Source: Hyalangium minutum
GTDB taxonomy: Bacteria; Myxococcota; Myxococcia; Myxococcales; Myxococcaceae
Assembly (NCBI RefSeq): GCF_000737315.1
Contig: NZ_JMCB01000001.1
Coordinates: 124,001 to 188,000, forward strand
Length of the DNA stretch: 64,000 nt
Reading direction: 5' to 3'
This document shows, in pieces, positions 28,001 through 35,039 of this stretch (position 1 is the stretch's first letter; each line of letters begins with the position of its first letter). Both the position numbers and the translations under genes were made by a program. The notes below the pieces were generated by a model that saw nothing but the letters and a program-made list of their open reading frames with translations, searched no databases and was not told where the DNA came from.

Positions 28001-30789
28001 ATCTGGCCTACACGCTCCAGGTGGGCCGCGAGCACATGTCCCACCGCCTGGCCCTGATCGTCCGGAGCCGCAAGGAGCTGATCGAGAAGCTGCGCGGCTT
28101 CACGAACGAGGGCGCGGGTGGATCCGACGTCTTCGTAGGAGATGACCACTCCCACAAGGATCTGATCTCCCTCTTCAGCCAGGAGGGAGCGGACCTGGGC
28201 TACTTCGAGGAGCTGGCCCGCAGAGGCAACTCCAGGAAGCTGGCCGCGCTCTGGGCCAAGGGCTTCTCCATCCCGTGGGCGGAGCTACAGGCGCGAGGCA
28301 CGCATCGCCGGTTGCCGCTCCCCACCTACCCGTTCGCCCGGGAGCGTTACTGGCTCCCCACGCCGGTGCGAGCCGTTGCCCCGGTCCAGCCCGCGCAGCA
28401 GCCCGTCACCCAGGCCCCGCCCGCGCGAGTCCCCTCCCCGGCCGCGCCCGTGCCGCAGCCTGCGGCCACGGCTCCGGCTCCGGCTCCGGCGCCTGCTCAG
28501 TCCCCGCGAGCGGAAGAGCCCGCGCCCCGCGCTGCTCCGGCTCCGCGCGCCGAGGATGCCTCCCTGCAGCCCACAGCCCGAATCCGTGCCGTCTTCGCGG
28601 AGTTCATCGGCCTCGAGGAGCAGGCCATCGATCCGAACCGGGAGTTCACCTCCTACGGCATCGACTCCATCGCTGGCCTCCGGGTGATGCAGCGCATCCA
28701 GCAGCTCTACGGCGAGAACGTGCCGATGCTCGCCATCATCGAGCACCCGACCCTCCATCGCTTCACGAACCACCTCCTTCGCAACTACGTGAAGGCGGAA
28801 GCCGCGCCGGCCGCTCCAGCTCCCGCGGCAAGCCCAGTTCCAGCCCCGGTGGCTCCGGCTCCTGCTGCGAGTGCGCCCACCGCAGTCCCGAGCGCTCGGC
28901 CCACCTCCGAGCGCCCGTCAGCGCCCGTGCAGACGCCGCCCCCAGCACCTCGGAAGCCGGAGCCTCCGCGCACCGTGCCCGAGGTGCGGCTGGTGCCCTT
29001 CCAGCCCAACGGCTCCGAGACGCCGCTCTTCGGTCTTCCGGGAGACTGGGGTGACGTCGGCTGGCTCATCGGGCTCATCCCTCACCTGGGCAAGACACAG
29101 CCGGTGTATGGCCTGGACCTCGCGCCTGGCACCGAGTGCACTGTGGAGGCGCTCGCGGCAGAGTGCGTGCGCGTCCTGTTGGGTGCTCGGCCGGCCGGTC
29201 CCTACCGCCTCGCCGCCTCGGGCCTGGGCGGAGGTGTCGCCCTGGAGGCCACGCGGCGCCTGCACGAGCTCGGTCACGAGGTGTCCGAGCTGCTGCTGCT
29301 CGCCCCTGCCGCTCCTCGGCCCACGGGAGACACCGCCGCGCTGCAGCAGGCGGGAGACTCCGCCTGCGTGCTGACGTACCTGGGCAACAGCCTGGGCCAG
29401 CTGTGGCGGGCCCCTGGAGTGCTCCGCTACGACGCCCTGCCCCAGGGTGACTTCGCCGAGCAGCGGAAGGCCGTGACGCGCTTCCTCACCTCGAGCGCGG
29501 CGTGTCCGATGCCCGCCGCGAAGCTGGAACCGTGGCTGGATGGCGCTGCCCGCCAGTACGCGTTCGGGCTGCTCTCCCTGAGCCGCTACCGCCCGCGCCC
29601 GCTGTCCCGCCCGGTGCAGGCGGTGCTGATCCGTCCCCAGGAACTCCAGACGGGAGCGGGCAGCACCTACCGCCTGCCGCGCCCCCCCGCGGACGGTGTG
29701 AACACCGCAGCGGACTGGCAGGGGCTGCTGGGCAGGCCGGTTCGCGTCCTCGAGGCGCCCCAGGACTGCTTCGGCCTGCTGTCCGTCCAGGGCGTAACGT
29801 GGGTGGCGGAGCAGCTGCGCCCCGCCCGGGCCCCTGAGCCGCGAACCGAGCCCGGCGCTGACGGCCCTCGCTCCTCCATCATCGTGCCTATCAACAAGAA
29901 CGGCTCCCAGCGCGCCTCCTTCTGGGTGCACACGCTCCTGGGGGACGTCAGCTACGGCCTCAACTTCTCACGCCACCTGGGCATCGACTACCCCGTCTTC
30001 GGCATCGAGCAGTTCGATGTGGACGGCAACGTCTTCCTGCTCCCTACCATCGAGGAGATGGCCTCCCGCTACATCGACGCGCTCCGGGCCGCCCAACCTT
30101 CGGGACCCTATGTGCTCGGGGGCTACTCCTACGGCGGCATCGTTGCCTTCGAGATGGCCTACCAGCTCGGGCAGCGCGGCGAGGAGGTCTCGGATCTGGT
30201 GCTGATTGACTCCCTCATGCCAGGCACGGAGGTGTTCAACGCCATCGACACCTCGTCCTTCGTGACGGACGACTTCAGCATCATGTCGCTGATCCTCATC
30301 GGCAACTCGTTCGGCAACCGATGGCACGCCGAGCGCTACATCCAGCTCGATGAGCTCACCGGCCGGCCTCGGGACCAGCAGATCGAGCAGGTCGCGCGCC
30401 ACCTCCGGGACCGCTCGAAGACCACCCTCTCCTTCGAGGAGATCCTGCAGCTCGTCCGCCGCAACTACGACACGATCACCTCGAACAACGAGGCGCTCAA
30501 CCGCTACCGCCCCAAGGGCCCGCTCGGCCCCCGGGTGAACGCCACGCTCTTCCACGCCACCCTGGGGTTCGTCGGGCCCAACAACCCCAACAACATCCCC
30601 GAAGTGAAGATCCGCGTGGATGACCGGACCAATGGCTTCGGCCGCTACGTCCCCAGCAGCTTCCGGATCTTCGATCTGCCCGCGGACCACTACACCATCT
30701 GCACCGACGAGTTCATCAAGGTGGTCGCGGAGAAGACCCGCGTCGCCATCACCCCCATGCGCGTGCTCCCCACGGAGCGCGCTTCGTAG
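16084..30789 (+). CDS. terminal trans-AT type I PKS (4901 aa); docking-KR-ACP-KS-DH-KR-cMT-ACP-KS0-ACP-KS-ACP-TE(inactive)-TE
   Basis: KR TGGAGGLG..LED..YAAAN; ACPs GLDS, GVDS, GFDS, GIDS; DH HPLLD..DHHV and HPSLVD; second KR LGGAGGLG..YAAAS; C-methyltransferase LEIGAGTGG/ATNVLH; KS0 EAQAVGS; first alpha/beta-hydrolase AASGLGG, second GYSYG..DS..DHY. Confidence 0.95.
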   Translation: MKLDKRQILQQVESGDLEIDQAVELLARLGIAPKAAPAEPLGHVYYESRWEPAPAPAERLAPGQRVLLVGEREAAMDALRAALTGHEVVSVLPGTGFRRLAADQYEVDLGSEEHGARLLAELAGAGFFPTQVLHLWRGGPDASLEEASDARALETGVHAAFTLVKALLAQAPKQELTLLSACLGPGGAPACAAVAGFLAVAEQENPKLRGKTVHMREPSPTVAAELLLAELPSLSEAEVRYDANGRQARRLAELTIPDVETPGPLRQGGVYLITGGAGGLGLLFARHLVATAGARLILTGRSQRPSAQQEQLFRELETLGGQVVYCPADVTVLADMERAVRLARERFGRLDGVLHAAGVLEDAFLVRKSWDSFQRVLAPKTHGVLALDHATREEALDFFALFSSTATVLGRAGQADYAAANHFMDEFAAARNAQVAEGRRTGHTVSIAWPLWQGGGMNISEADRETMERITGMTVMGAEEGFTAFTHALRSGRSLVAVLYGRGARIRDFIERRGSRKPAPAAPAPRAGAPRDRAELARGAEEYLLELISRETRLPRQRIDVKQGLDAIGLDSMLINRLNVLLEDPFGSLSKTLFFEYQSIRELAGYFSEHHTEALAALLSPASSSEAPPAAEEPTQSPERSPAPAPVQQAPAAPVTGDIAIVGLSGRYPDAEDLQEFWENLAQGRNSVGQVPRERWDLSRYPGLELNTRERQGLQWGSFLREVDTFDPLFFNIAPRDAEVMDPQERLFLETAWSALEDAGYSRPELQRTSREGDESAVGVFVGVTFGQYQSIGVEEWGHGNYISPGSSFWSIANRLSYVLNVNGPSMPVDTACSASLTAVHMACESLRRGDCRVAVAGGVNLNIHPAKYVALARLKFLSTEGKCRAFGDGGDGYVPGEGVGAVVLKPLAQAEADGDHIYAVIKGSTINHGGKTNGYTVPNPKAQASLVSRALRTAGVNARTVGYVEAHGTGTSLGDPIEITGLNKAFREHTQDRQFCAIGSVKTNVGHLESAAGIASLTKVLLQLRHQQLAPSLHAETLNRNIDFGSSPFFVQRELAPWPSPAVTGPDGRVRTLPRRAAISSFGAGGANAHLILEEYVAPRAERPQALGPELVLLSAKNTGRLRAYASRLKQHLRRLQSSAGAMPPLGDLAYTLQVGREALEERLALVVGSVDELVVRLEEFEQGQLHGAQAYLGRVPEERTAAAEVELPRAQELIRRRDWATLARLWVEGHSVPWGEVYLGQGRRVSLPTYPFERKRFWVPLSHPSAKAPQAAAALHPLLDRAVPSLNGTVFEKRFRRDEPLLRDHHVRGKPVVAGVVQLEMVRAAVAAAGAGALSSLNDVVWLSTVEVSTDSTLVQLALTPREDGFSYEVSIPGTASTCSRGRVRFQDTEPSGTPPRVDLQALQARCQQRIGKAALYEGFRAVGLEYGPSFQCVEELWVHGREVVGELRLGAQAAPELEHFALHPSLVDAALHTLQGLTAGESSNGEPQTLIPFSVAEVRVYGRLPARCFAYAQLRENNRESGVARFNMAILDESGQCLVLFKDFAARRLRVAHGPAAAPIHEAAPLPASVPSSGFFYQPLWKEQPLPAVEAPSKPEGGTVLIFTHPQDCGLGARLAAQYGEHRAVLVSLEDAWNAESPGLLRINHRDANHYSHVLAQLREPSAIYFLGGMQSKRYSANDVQHLARMEERGVVSLLRLARGLAAHPPGAIPLKVVTNDVYRVRERDAAFNPFASALVGFTKVLSREFRQLQVSCIDVAKAELDAGEDTAAAVLRGLLAEPGLSAALQSALREGRRFVQHLHAVELPETAPQALSFVDRGVYLILGGAGGLGLVVAEHLARRCRARLVLVGRSPLREETRRRMQAIEAAGGEALYLQADLCDVAAMRNVVLQTRARFGPISGVIHSAIVLQDGVIGRMTEEQLRAALAPKARGLVVLHHVLEAEPLDFIACFSSALSFTSAPGQANYAAASTFEDCFALYLEHRMQRPVRVFNWGFWGDIGIVATDTYRERMARRGIEALTREEGLLAFDRVMAGRATQISPIKLHPELLESFHMDATQLRAPYPETFPSVMTPVTTRLDGFIQQGPDIPGNAELLPLEQHGRLLLLQAFQEMGALRNPGERHTLGELRERLRILPAYSRLYDAMLDILSKGGFVRLAGDSLEATPEVRSSHATPQGIRAHRESMLARLPDGRAFLELVEACVGSLPDVLTGRKSHMEVMFPGGSKTLVENVYKGNRRSDYFNDLVVQSVLAVLEKRLGDSRQEKIALLEIGAGTGGTSGRVFEAIQAHGSRLTYDYTDISKSFATHGQRTFGRRFPFASFKVLDVEKDVIAQGFKPGAYDLILATNVLHATRNMTHTLRQAKALLKTNGVLVINEVTVVQDFTTLTFGLTSGWWLFEDANLRLPHSPLLGLKEWRSALESQGFRRVMGFGLPRGRPEVDGQNVILSESDGWLDTSRKQAPSAPEPRAASSMLSSTAQRWTPPAAPQPSAPAAAQLPPAPPARTEPQKHAIPPPPAAEAIRYRPPEEPLEHRVVAPPPAPVPARVVASSPVPADRDEALREHTLTLLRSTLAQVLKMEAAELEPGATFESYGVDSLVGMDFLDKLEGDFPSLPKTLLFEHITLDQLTAHFLRTFPEVLRRKFGGSLAAVPRSPLAAERAPAATEPSAASRPTESGRAAATLMDAASLFGEPPPAPAQTGVREERTPASTRVEGIAIIGMSGRYPQAEDTRAFWENLRQGRSAFSEVPPERWSHSAYHDDTGERPGTTYHRWGAFIGDVDKFDPLFFGIAPREAQLMDPQERLFLETAWATLEDAGWTSARLNRSAHADGGQGVGVFVGVMYGPYQLLAAEEWARGNRVDAQSAYWSIPNRVSYAFDFRGPSLAVDTACSSSLTAIHLACESLRRGECRAALVGGVNLILHPSHHVGLGKMSMLSRDGSCRAFGEGASGFVAGEGVGAVLLKPLADAIRDGDRIHGVILGSAVNSNGRTNGYTVPSPSAQADLIETALKRAGVDPRTISYVEAQAVGSTLADPIEVSGLTKAFERFTRERGFCALGSVKPNIGHLEAASGVAQLTKVLLQLQHGQLAPSVGSERLNPYIDFENSPFFVQRQASEWPEPRDPVTGRRIPRRAAVSSFGAGGANAHLLIEEYVAPREAAVSRDDGRPQLVTLSAKRPERLTEQARRLRDFLVGSLASTRTAPPLADVAYTLQTGREAMGTRLAVLARDLPSLLGALERFLAGQDAPGQLFTGAVKKSTRPMPLPADSVRQARDAGQLEPLASAWASGSEVDWELLHEGQPRKRLALPTYPFARERYWLDVSAQPAALPMESSTPAPEPAPLPPAPAQLPNTQEVRVTEDGTLTRRVQEVLVKSISEILGVRGEDVDLDEHVSDYGFDSISLTKFAALLNKNHGLDVSPTIFFEHATISSFADYLVREYRDVLARALLSTDVQAPPAAAKPQAPAPRAAATQAPVATPAPGDVRAVEPIAIIGMAGRFPGSPNLARYWENLMAGKDLVTEIPRDRFDWRDFYGDPQKDPTKTPSRWGGFLQDVDRFDALFFSISPREARSMDPQQRLFLETVWQAIEDAGYPPSQLAGTSTGLFVGVAGSEYSHLLEQSGAEIDGQAATGNAHSILANRVSFLLDLHGPSEPVDTACSSSLVAVHRAVAAIQAGECDLAIAGGVNVLLTPAGFLAFGKSGMLAGDGRCKTFDQKADGYVRGEGVGAVLLKPLSRALADGDTIYAVVKGSAVNHGGRANSLTAPNPNAQADLVMRAVRKAGVAPESIGYIEAHGTGTSLGDPIEINGLKRAFRELGLGGTEAWRRKSCGLGTVKTNIGHLETAAGIAGLIKVLLALRHKKLPPLVHFQQLNEYIDLEDSPFYVVDKARDWEPARDARGAALPRRAGISSFGFGGVNVHLVLEEHEVPAPPEQLSGEGEAILLSARSTERLKAYAEDFITFLEAVEAAPEEQRTRLADLAYTLQVGREHMSHRLALIVRSRKELIEKLRGFTNEGAGGSDVFVGDDHSHKDLISLFSQEGADLGYFEELARRGNSRKLAALWAKGFSIPWAELQARGTHRRLPLPTYPFARERYWLPTPVRAVAPVQPAQQPVTQAPPARVPSPAAPVPQPAATAPAPAPAPAQSPRAEEPAPRAAPAPRAEDASLQPTARIRAVFAEFIGLEEQAIDPNREFTSYGIDSIAGLRVMQRIQQLYGENVPMLAIIEHPTLHRFTNHLLRNYVKAEAAPAAPAPAASPVPAPVAPAPAASAPTAVPSARPTSERPSAPVQTPPPAPRKPEPPRTVPEVRLVPFQPNGSETPLFGLPGDWGDVGWLIGLIPHLGKTQPVYGLDLAPGTECTVEALAAECVRVLLGARPAGPYRLAASGLGGGVALEATRRLHELGHEVSELLLLAPAAPRPTGDTAALQQAGDSACVLTYLGNSLGQLWRAPGVLRYDALPQGDFAEQRKAVTRFLTSSAACPMPAAKLEPWLDGAARQYAFGLLSLSRYRPRPLSRPVQAVLIRPQELQTGAGSTYRLPRPPADGVNTAADWQGLLGRPVRVLEAPQDCFGLLSVQGVTWVAEQLRPARAPEPRTEPGADGPRSSIIVPINKNGSQRASFWVHTLLGDVSYGLNFSRHLGIDYPVFGIEQFDVDGNVFLLPTIEEMASRYIDALRAAQPSGPYVLGGYSYGGIVAFEMAYQLGQRGEEVSDLVLIDSLMPGTEVFNAIDTSSFVTDDFSIMSLILIGNSFGNRWHAERYIQLDELTGRPRDQQIEQVARHLRDRSKTTLSFEEILQLVRRNYDTITSNNEALNRYRPKGPLGPRVNATLFHATLGFVGPNNPNNIPEVKIRVDDRTNGFGRYVPSSFRIFDLPADHYTICTDEFIKVVAEKTRVAITPMRVLPTERAS

Positions 30790-30800
30790 GAGCCCCACCC

Positions 30801-31880
30801 ATGGACTTCAGCGTCTACTTCTTCTCAGCCAACGATCAGGCCGACTTCGGCGAGCGCTACCGCTTCATCCTCGAGGTGGCGAAGTACATCGACCAAAACG
30901 GCTTCAAGGCCATCTGGACGCCCGAGCGCCACTTCCAGGAGTTCGGGGGCAGCTTCCCCAACGCCTCGGTGCTCAGCGCCGCGCTGGCGGTGCTCACCCA
31001 GAACATCGAGCTGCGCGCGGGCAGCGTGGTGGCCCCCCACCACCACCCGGCCCGTATCGCCGAGGAGTGGGCCCTGGTGGATCAGCTCTCCAACGGCCGG
31101 GTGGCGCTCTGCCTCGCCACGGGTTGGCACCGCGGGGACTTCATCTTCTACCCGGAGAACTACGCGGGCCGCCGCGAGCTCACCTTCCGCCTGGTGCAGA
31201 CGCTGCGAGATCTCTGGGCCGGGCGCCCGGTGACCTTCAGCGGCGTCGAGGGCCAGGCCGTGGAGGTGCGCACCTTCCCGCGCCCCCGCCGCCAGGAGCT
31301 GCCGCTGTGGCTCGTCCACAGCACCAACCCCGAGACCTGGGCCAAGGCCGGAGAGCTTGGCCTCAATGTCCTCACCCTGCTGGACAACTGGGACCGGCTC
31401 ACCGCCAACATCGCGGCCTATCGCGACGCGCGCGCCAAACACGGCCATGATCCGAAGTCCGGCATCGTGACCCTGGGCGTCCACACGTACATCGGCGATG
31501 ACGACACCACGGTGCGCAAGCTCGTCGCAGAGCCCGTGAAGCAGTACCTGTCCACGTTCCTCACCCAGCGCAAGGCGGATGCCACCCTGCAGGGCGGCTC
31601 CAAGCAGCTCGATGCCAAGGAGCAGGACATGCTGGCAACGCTGGCCTACCAGGACATGTACGACAAGCGGTCGCTGCTGGGCACGATCCCCAAGTGCGCC
31701 GACATGGTGCGGCGGATGCAGGAGATCGGCGTCGACGAGGTCGCTTGCCTCGTGGACTTCGGCCTGGACTTCCAGACTGTCTTGGACGGGCTGCCGCGCA
31801 TCAACGAGCTGCGCGCTATGTTCCAGCCAGCCGCCTCGAACGCCAGCGCCAGCGGCATGGCCTGGTACTACAACCGGTGA
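30801..31880 (+). CDS. luciferase-like (LLM class) flavin-dependent monooxygenase, MupA/Atu3671-type
   Basis: Motifs FSVYFF, WTPERHF.EFGG.FPN, RAGSVV.P.HHP.RIAEEW..VDQLSNGRV, GW..GDF; 11 nt after the PKS stop, with a GGAG RBS. Confidence 0.9.
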   Translation: MDFSVYFFSANDQADFGERYRFILEVAKYIDQNGFKAIWTPERHFQEFGGSFPNASVLSAALAVLTQNIELRAGSVVAPHHHPARIAEEWALVDQLSNGRVALCLATGWHRGDFIFYPENYAGRRELTFRLVQTLRDLWAGRPVTFSGVEGQAVEVRTFPRPRRQELPLWLVHSTNPETWAKAGELGLNVLTLLDNWDRLTANIAAYRDARAKHGHDPKSGIVTLGVHTYIGDDDTTVRKLVAEPVKQYLSTFLTQRKADATLQGGSKQLDAKEQDMLATLAYQDMYDKRSLLGTIPKCADMVRRMQEIGVDEVACLVDFGLDFQTVLDGLPRINELRAMFQPAASNASASGMAWYYNR

Positions 31881-31926
31881 ATCGAGTCCTCTTGGCCCAC
31901 CTCGGGCCCGAAGGCAGGAGAAGCAC

Positions 31927-34203
31927 TTGAGTCTCATCTTCGTCTTCCCAGGGCAGGGCTCTCAGCGCGTGGGCATGGGGGCGGATCTCTTCCCGGCCTT
32001 CCCCGAGCTGGTGGACAAGGCCAGCAACCTCCTTGGCTACTCGGTGCGCCAGCTGTGTCTGGAGGATCCGCAGGAGCGGCTGAACCAGACGCAGTTCACC
32101 CAGCCCGCGCTCTACGTGGTGAACGCGCTGAGCTACCTGGCGAAGGTGGAGCAGCTGCGGCGGAAGCCGGACTTCGTGGCCGGCCACAGCCTGGGCGAGT
32201 ACGACGCGCTCTTCGCCTCGGGGGTGGTGGACTTCGAGACAGGGCTGCGGCTCGTCCAGCGCCGGGGCGAGCTGATGGCCCGTGCCACCGGAGGAGGCAT
32301 GTGCGCCGTCGTCGGCCTGCCGCTGGAGGGGCTACAGGAGGTGCTCGCACGGGCCCCTGCGGTGGATGTCGCCAACCTCAACACCCCGCAGCAGACGGTC
32401 CTCGCTGGCCCCACCGCGGACCTGGAGGCCCTGCGCCAGCCGCTGCTCGACGCGGGCGCCCGCTCGGTGGTGCCGCTCAAGGTGAGCGCGCCCTTCCACT
32501 CGCGCTACATGGAGCCCGCGCGCCGCGAGTTCGCGGCCTTCCTTGAGGGCTTCCGCTTCGCGCCCCCGCGCCTCCCCGTCATCGCCAACGTGGACGCCCA
32601 GCCCTACACCGCTGCCAACACCCGCGACAACCTCGCTCGGCAGATCTCCAGCCCCGTCCGCTGGGTGGAGACGGTGCGCTACCTGATGCAGACCTCGGAG
32701 CGCCCCACCTTCGAGGAGGTGGGCCCAGGCACCGTGCTGGCGGGGCTCCTCAAGAAGATCCAGGCGGAGCTGCCCGCGCAGCCAGCGCCGCCAGCCGCCG
32801 CCAGCGCCCCGGCACGACAGGCTCCATCCTCCGCCTCGCCCTCGACAGGCCGGATCACCGCCGAGTCCCTGGGCAGCGCCGAGTTCCGGCGTGACCACGG
32901 CGTGCGCTACGCCTACGTGGCCGGCGCCATGTACAAGGGCATCGCCTCCGAGGCGCTCGTCATCCGCATGGGCAAGGCGGGCCTGCTCAGCTTCCTGGGC
33001 TCGGGCGGGCTGAAGCTGCAGCGCCTGGAGGAGGCCATCCGGAAGATCCAGGCGGAGCTGCCGCGAGGAGCTCCCTACGGGATGAACCTGCTGGCCAACC
33101 TGGAGCAGCCGGAGCAAGAGGACGCGGTGGTGGATCTGTTTCTCCGCTACGGCGTCACCCGCGTGGAGGCCGCGGCCTACATGCAGATCACCCCCAGCGT
33201 GGTGCGCTACCGCTGCCAGGGCCTGCGCCGCGCTCCGGACGGCTCCATCGTCGCGGAGAACAAGGTGCTCGCCAAGGTCTCCCGCCCGGAGGTGGCCGAG
33301 GCCTTCCTCAGCCCCGCTCCTGAGCGGCTCCTGAAGAAGCTGGTGGAGACGGGCCGGATCACCGCCGAGCAGGCGGCCTTGGCGCGGGACTTCCCCATGT
33401 GCGACGACCTGTGCGCGGAGGCGGACTCAGGCGGGCATACGGATCAGGGCGTGGCCTTTACGATGGTGCCCGCCATGCTGCTGCTGCGAGACGAGGTGTC
33501 GCGCCGCCACGGCTACCGGAAGCGGATCCGCGTGGGCGCCGCAGGCGGGATTGGCACGCCGCACGCGGCCGCCGCGGCCTTCATCCTGGGGGCCGACTTC
33601 GTGCTCTCCGGCAGCATCAACCAGTGCACGGTGGAGGCTGGCACCAGCGACATCGTCCGCGACATGCTCCAGCAGGCGGACATCCAGGACACGGAGATGG
33701 CGCCCGCGGGCGACATGTTCGAGCTGGGCGCCAAGGTGCAGGTCTTCAGCAAGGGCCTCTTCTTCGCGGCCCGGGCCAACAAGCTCTATGAGCTGTACCG
33801 CCGCTACAACTCCCTGGAGGAGATCGACGAGAAGACGCGCGAGCAGATCCAGACGCGCTACTTCAAGCGCAGCTTCGACGAGGTGTGGCGCGAGACGCGG
33901 GACTACTACCAGCGCGTGCACCCACACGCGCTCGAGAAGGCGGAGAAGAGCCCCAAGCACCGCATGGCGCTCATCTTCAAGTGGTACTTCGTCCACTCCA
34001 CCCGGCTGGCCACCCGAGGCGTGGCGGATCAGAAGGTCGACTTCCAGATCCAGTGCGGCCCGGCCATGGGCGCCTTCAACCGCTACGTGAAGGGCACGCC
34101 GCTGGAGTCCTGGCGCAACCGCCACGTGGACACCGTGGCCGAGATGATGATGACGCACGCCGCGGAGCACCTGCAGCAGCGGTTCACGGCGCTGCAGGGG
34201 TAG
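31927..34203 (+). CDS. trans-acting malonyl-CoA:ACP acyltransferase fused to PfaD-like flavin enoyl reductase (AT-ER)
   Basis: TTG start at 31927 preceded by AGGAG (the track start at 31579 overlaps the LLM gene). FVFPGQGSQ, GHSLGEY, RG.LM, SAPFHS (malonyl-type); C-terminal domain GAMYKGIAS, EADSGGHTD, GAAGGIGTP, QIQCGPAMGAFN. Confidence 0.93.
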   Translation: MSLIFVFPGQGSQRVGMGADLFPAFPELVDKASNLLGYSVRQLCLEDPQERLNQTQFTQPALYVVNALSYLAKVEQLRRKPDFVAGHSLGEYDALFASGVVDFETGLRLVQRRGELMARATGGGMCAVVGLPLEGLQEVLARAPAVDVANLNTPQQTVLAGPTADLEALRQPLLDAGARSVVPLKVSAPFHSRYMEPARREFAAFLEGFRFAPPRLPVIANVDAQPYTAANTRDNLARQISSPVRWVETVRYLMQTSERPTFEEVGPGTVLAGLLKKIQAELPAQPAPPAAASAPARQAPSSASPSTGRITAESLGSAEFRRDHGVRYAYVAGAMYKGIASEALVIRMGKAGLLSFLGSGGLKLQRLEEAIRKIQAELPRGAPYGMNLLANLEQPEQEDAVVDLFLRYGVTRVEAAAYMQITPSVVRYRCQGLRRAPDGSIVAENKVLAKVSRPEVAEAFLSPAPERLLKKLVETGRITAEQAALARDFPMCDDLCAEADSGGHTDQGVAFTMVPAMLLLRDEVSRRHGYRKRIRVGAAGGIGTPHAAAAAFILGADFVLSGSINQCTVEAGTSDIVRDMLQQADIQDTEMAPAGDMFELGAKVQVFSKGLFFAARANKLYELYRRYNSLEEIDEKTREQIQTRYFKRSFDEVWRETRDYYQRVHPHALEKAEKSPKHRMALIFKWYFVHSTRLATRGVADQKVDFQIQCGPAMGAFNRYVKGTPLESWRNRHVDTVAEMMMTHAAEHLQQRFTALQG

Positions 34204-34209
34204 CCCCGC

Positions 34210-34989
34210 TCAGGGCACCAGGAAGGGGATGAGCTGCTCCGAGAGGCCCCGGAGCAGCGCCTCCCGGGCGCCGCCCTTCTCGTTGAGATAGAAGTGGCCG
34301 CCGGGGAACATCTGCCGGGAGAAGGCTGCCGCGGTGTGCTGGCGCCAGGCCTCCAGTTCCTCCGGACGCGCGCGTGCGTCCTCCACGCCACCCAAGGTGG
34401 AGATGGGGCAGTCGAGCGGCGCCTCCCGCACGTGCGTATAGCTCTCCAGCACCGCGAAGTCCCCCCGCAGGCTGGGCAGGTACAGCTGCAGCAGCTCCGG
34501 CTCCGCCAAGATGGCGCGCGGGAAGCCGTTGTAGCGCTGCACCATCTCGCGGATGAACTGCTCTTGCGGCAGCGCGTGGATTGGGGGATCGGCGTGCTGC
34601 AAGTGCGGCGCGTGGCGCCCCGAGACGAGCAGGTGTGCGGGCTGGCGTCCATGGTTGCGGCGCAGCTCACGGGCCGTCTCGAAGGCCACCAGCGCCCCCA
34701 TGCTGTGCCCGAAGAAGGCCAGGGGGCCCTCCACGTGCCGGGCCAGGAGGGGCGCCAGCGCCTGGACGATCGCCGTCATTGAGGTGAAGGGCGGCTCACG
34801 GATGCGCGACTCGCGCCCTGGCAGCCGCACGAGCACCACCTCTACCCCGGGGGGCAGCAGATCCGCCCACCCGTGGTACACGGTCGTCCCCGCCCCCGCG
34901 TACGAGAAGCAGACCAACCGCACCATTGCCCCGGGGTCTGGCCGCGGACGCACCAACCACCGCCCTACCCACTCACGTTCATCCACCAT
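34210..34989 (-). CDS. type II thioesterase (editing TE)
   Basis: LVCFSYAGAG, RLPGRESR, FFGHSMGALVAFE, PGGHFY; convergent with AT-ER. Confidence 0.92.
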   Translation of the reverse strand: MVDEREWVGRWLVRPRPDPGAMVRLVCFSYAGAGTTVYHGWADLLPPGVEVVLVRLPGRESRIREPPFTSMTAIVQALAPLLARHVEGPLAFFGHSMGALVAFETARELRRNHGRQPAHLLVSGRHAPHLQHADPPIHALPQEQFIREMVQRYNGFPRAILAEPELLQLYLPSLRGDFAVLESYTHVREAPLDCPISTLGGVEDARARPEELEAWRQHTAAAFSRQMFPGGHFYLNEKGGAREALLRGLSEQLIPFLVP

Positions 34990-35039
34990 CTGTTGCGTCT
35001 CGCGGAAAGAGCCCTGGCTCCAGGCGGGGGGAAGCGGAC

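Noticed and set aside
28370-28980. GCTCCG-rich short repeats in PKS linkers (also ~7760-7830, ~5640-5820, ~13440-13570)
   Set aside because: They encode ordinary Pro/Ala inter-domain linkers flanking ACPs; no spacer structure, so not CRISPR or a mobile repeat.
2500-30798. Numerous 300-740 aa minus-strand ORFs opposite the PKS genes
   Set aside because: Shadow ORFs typical of GC-rich coding DNA; low-complexity Arg/Gly/Ala translations with no RBS or motif support.
31579-31926. N-terminal extension of the AT-ER ORF overlapping the LLM gene
   Set aside because: A TTG at 31927 with AGGAG RBS sits directly before the conserved FVFPGQG; the extension is alternate-frame sequence.
1-34203. Naming the cluster after a known myxobacterial trans-AT product
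   Set aside because: The loading region and early modules are outside the window, and the visible domain order does not let me match a known pathway with confidence.
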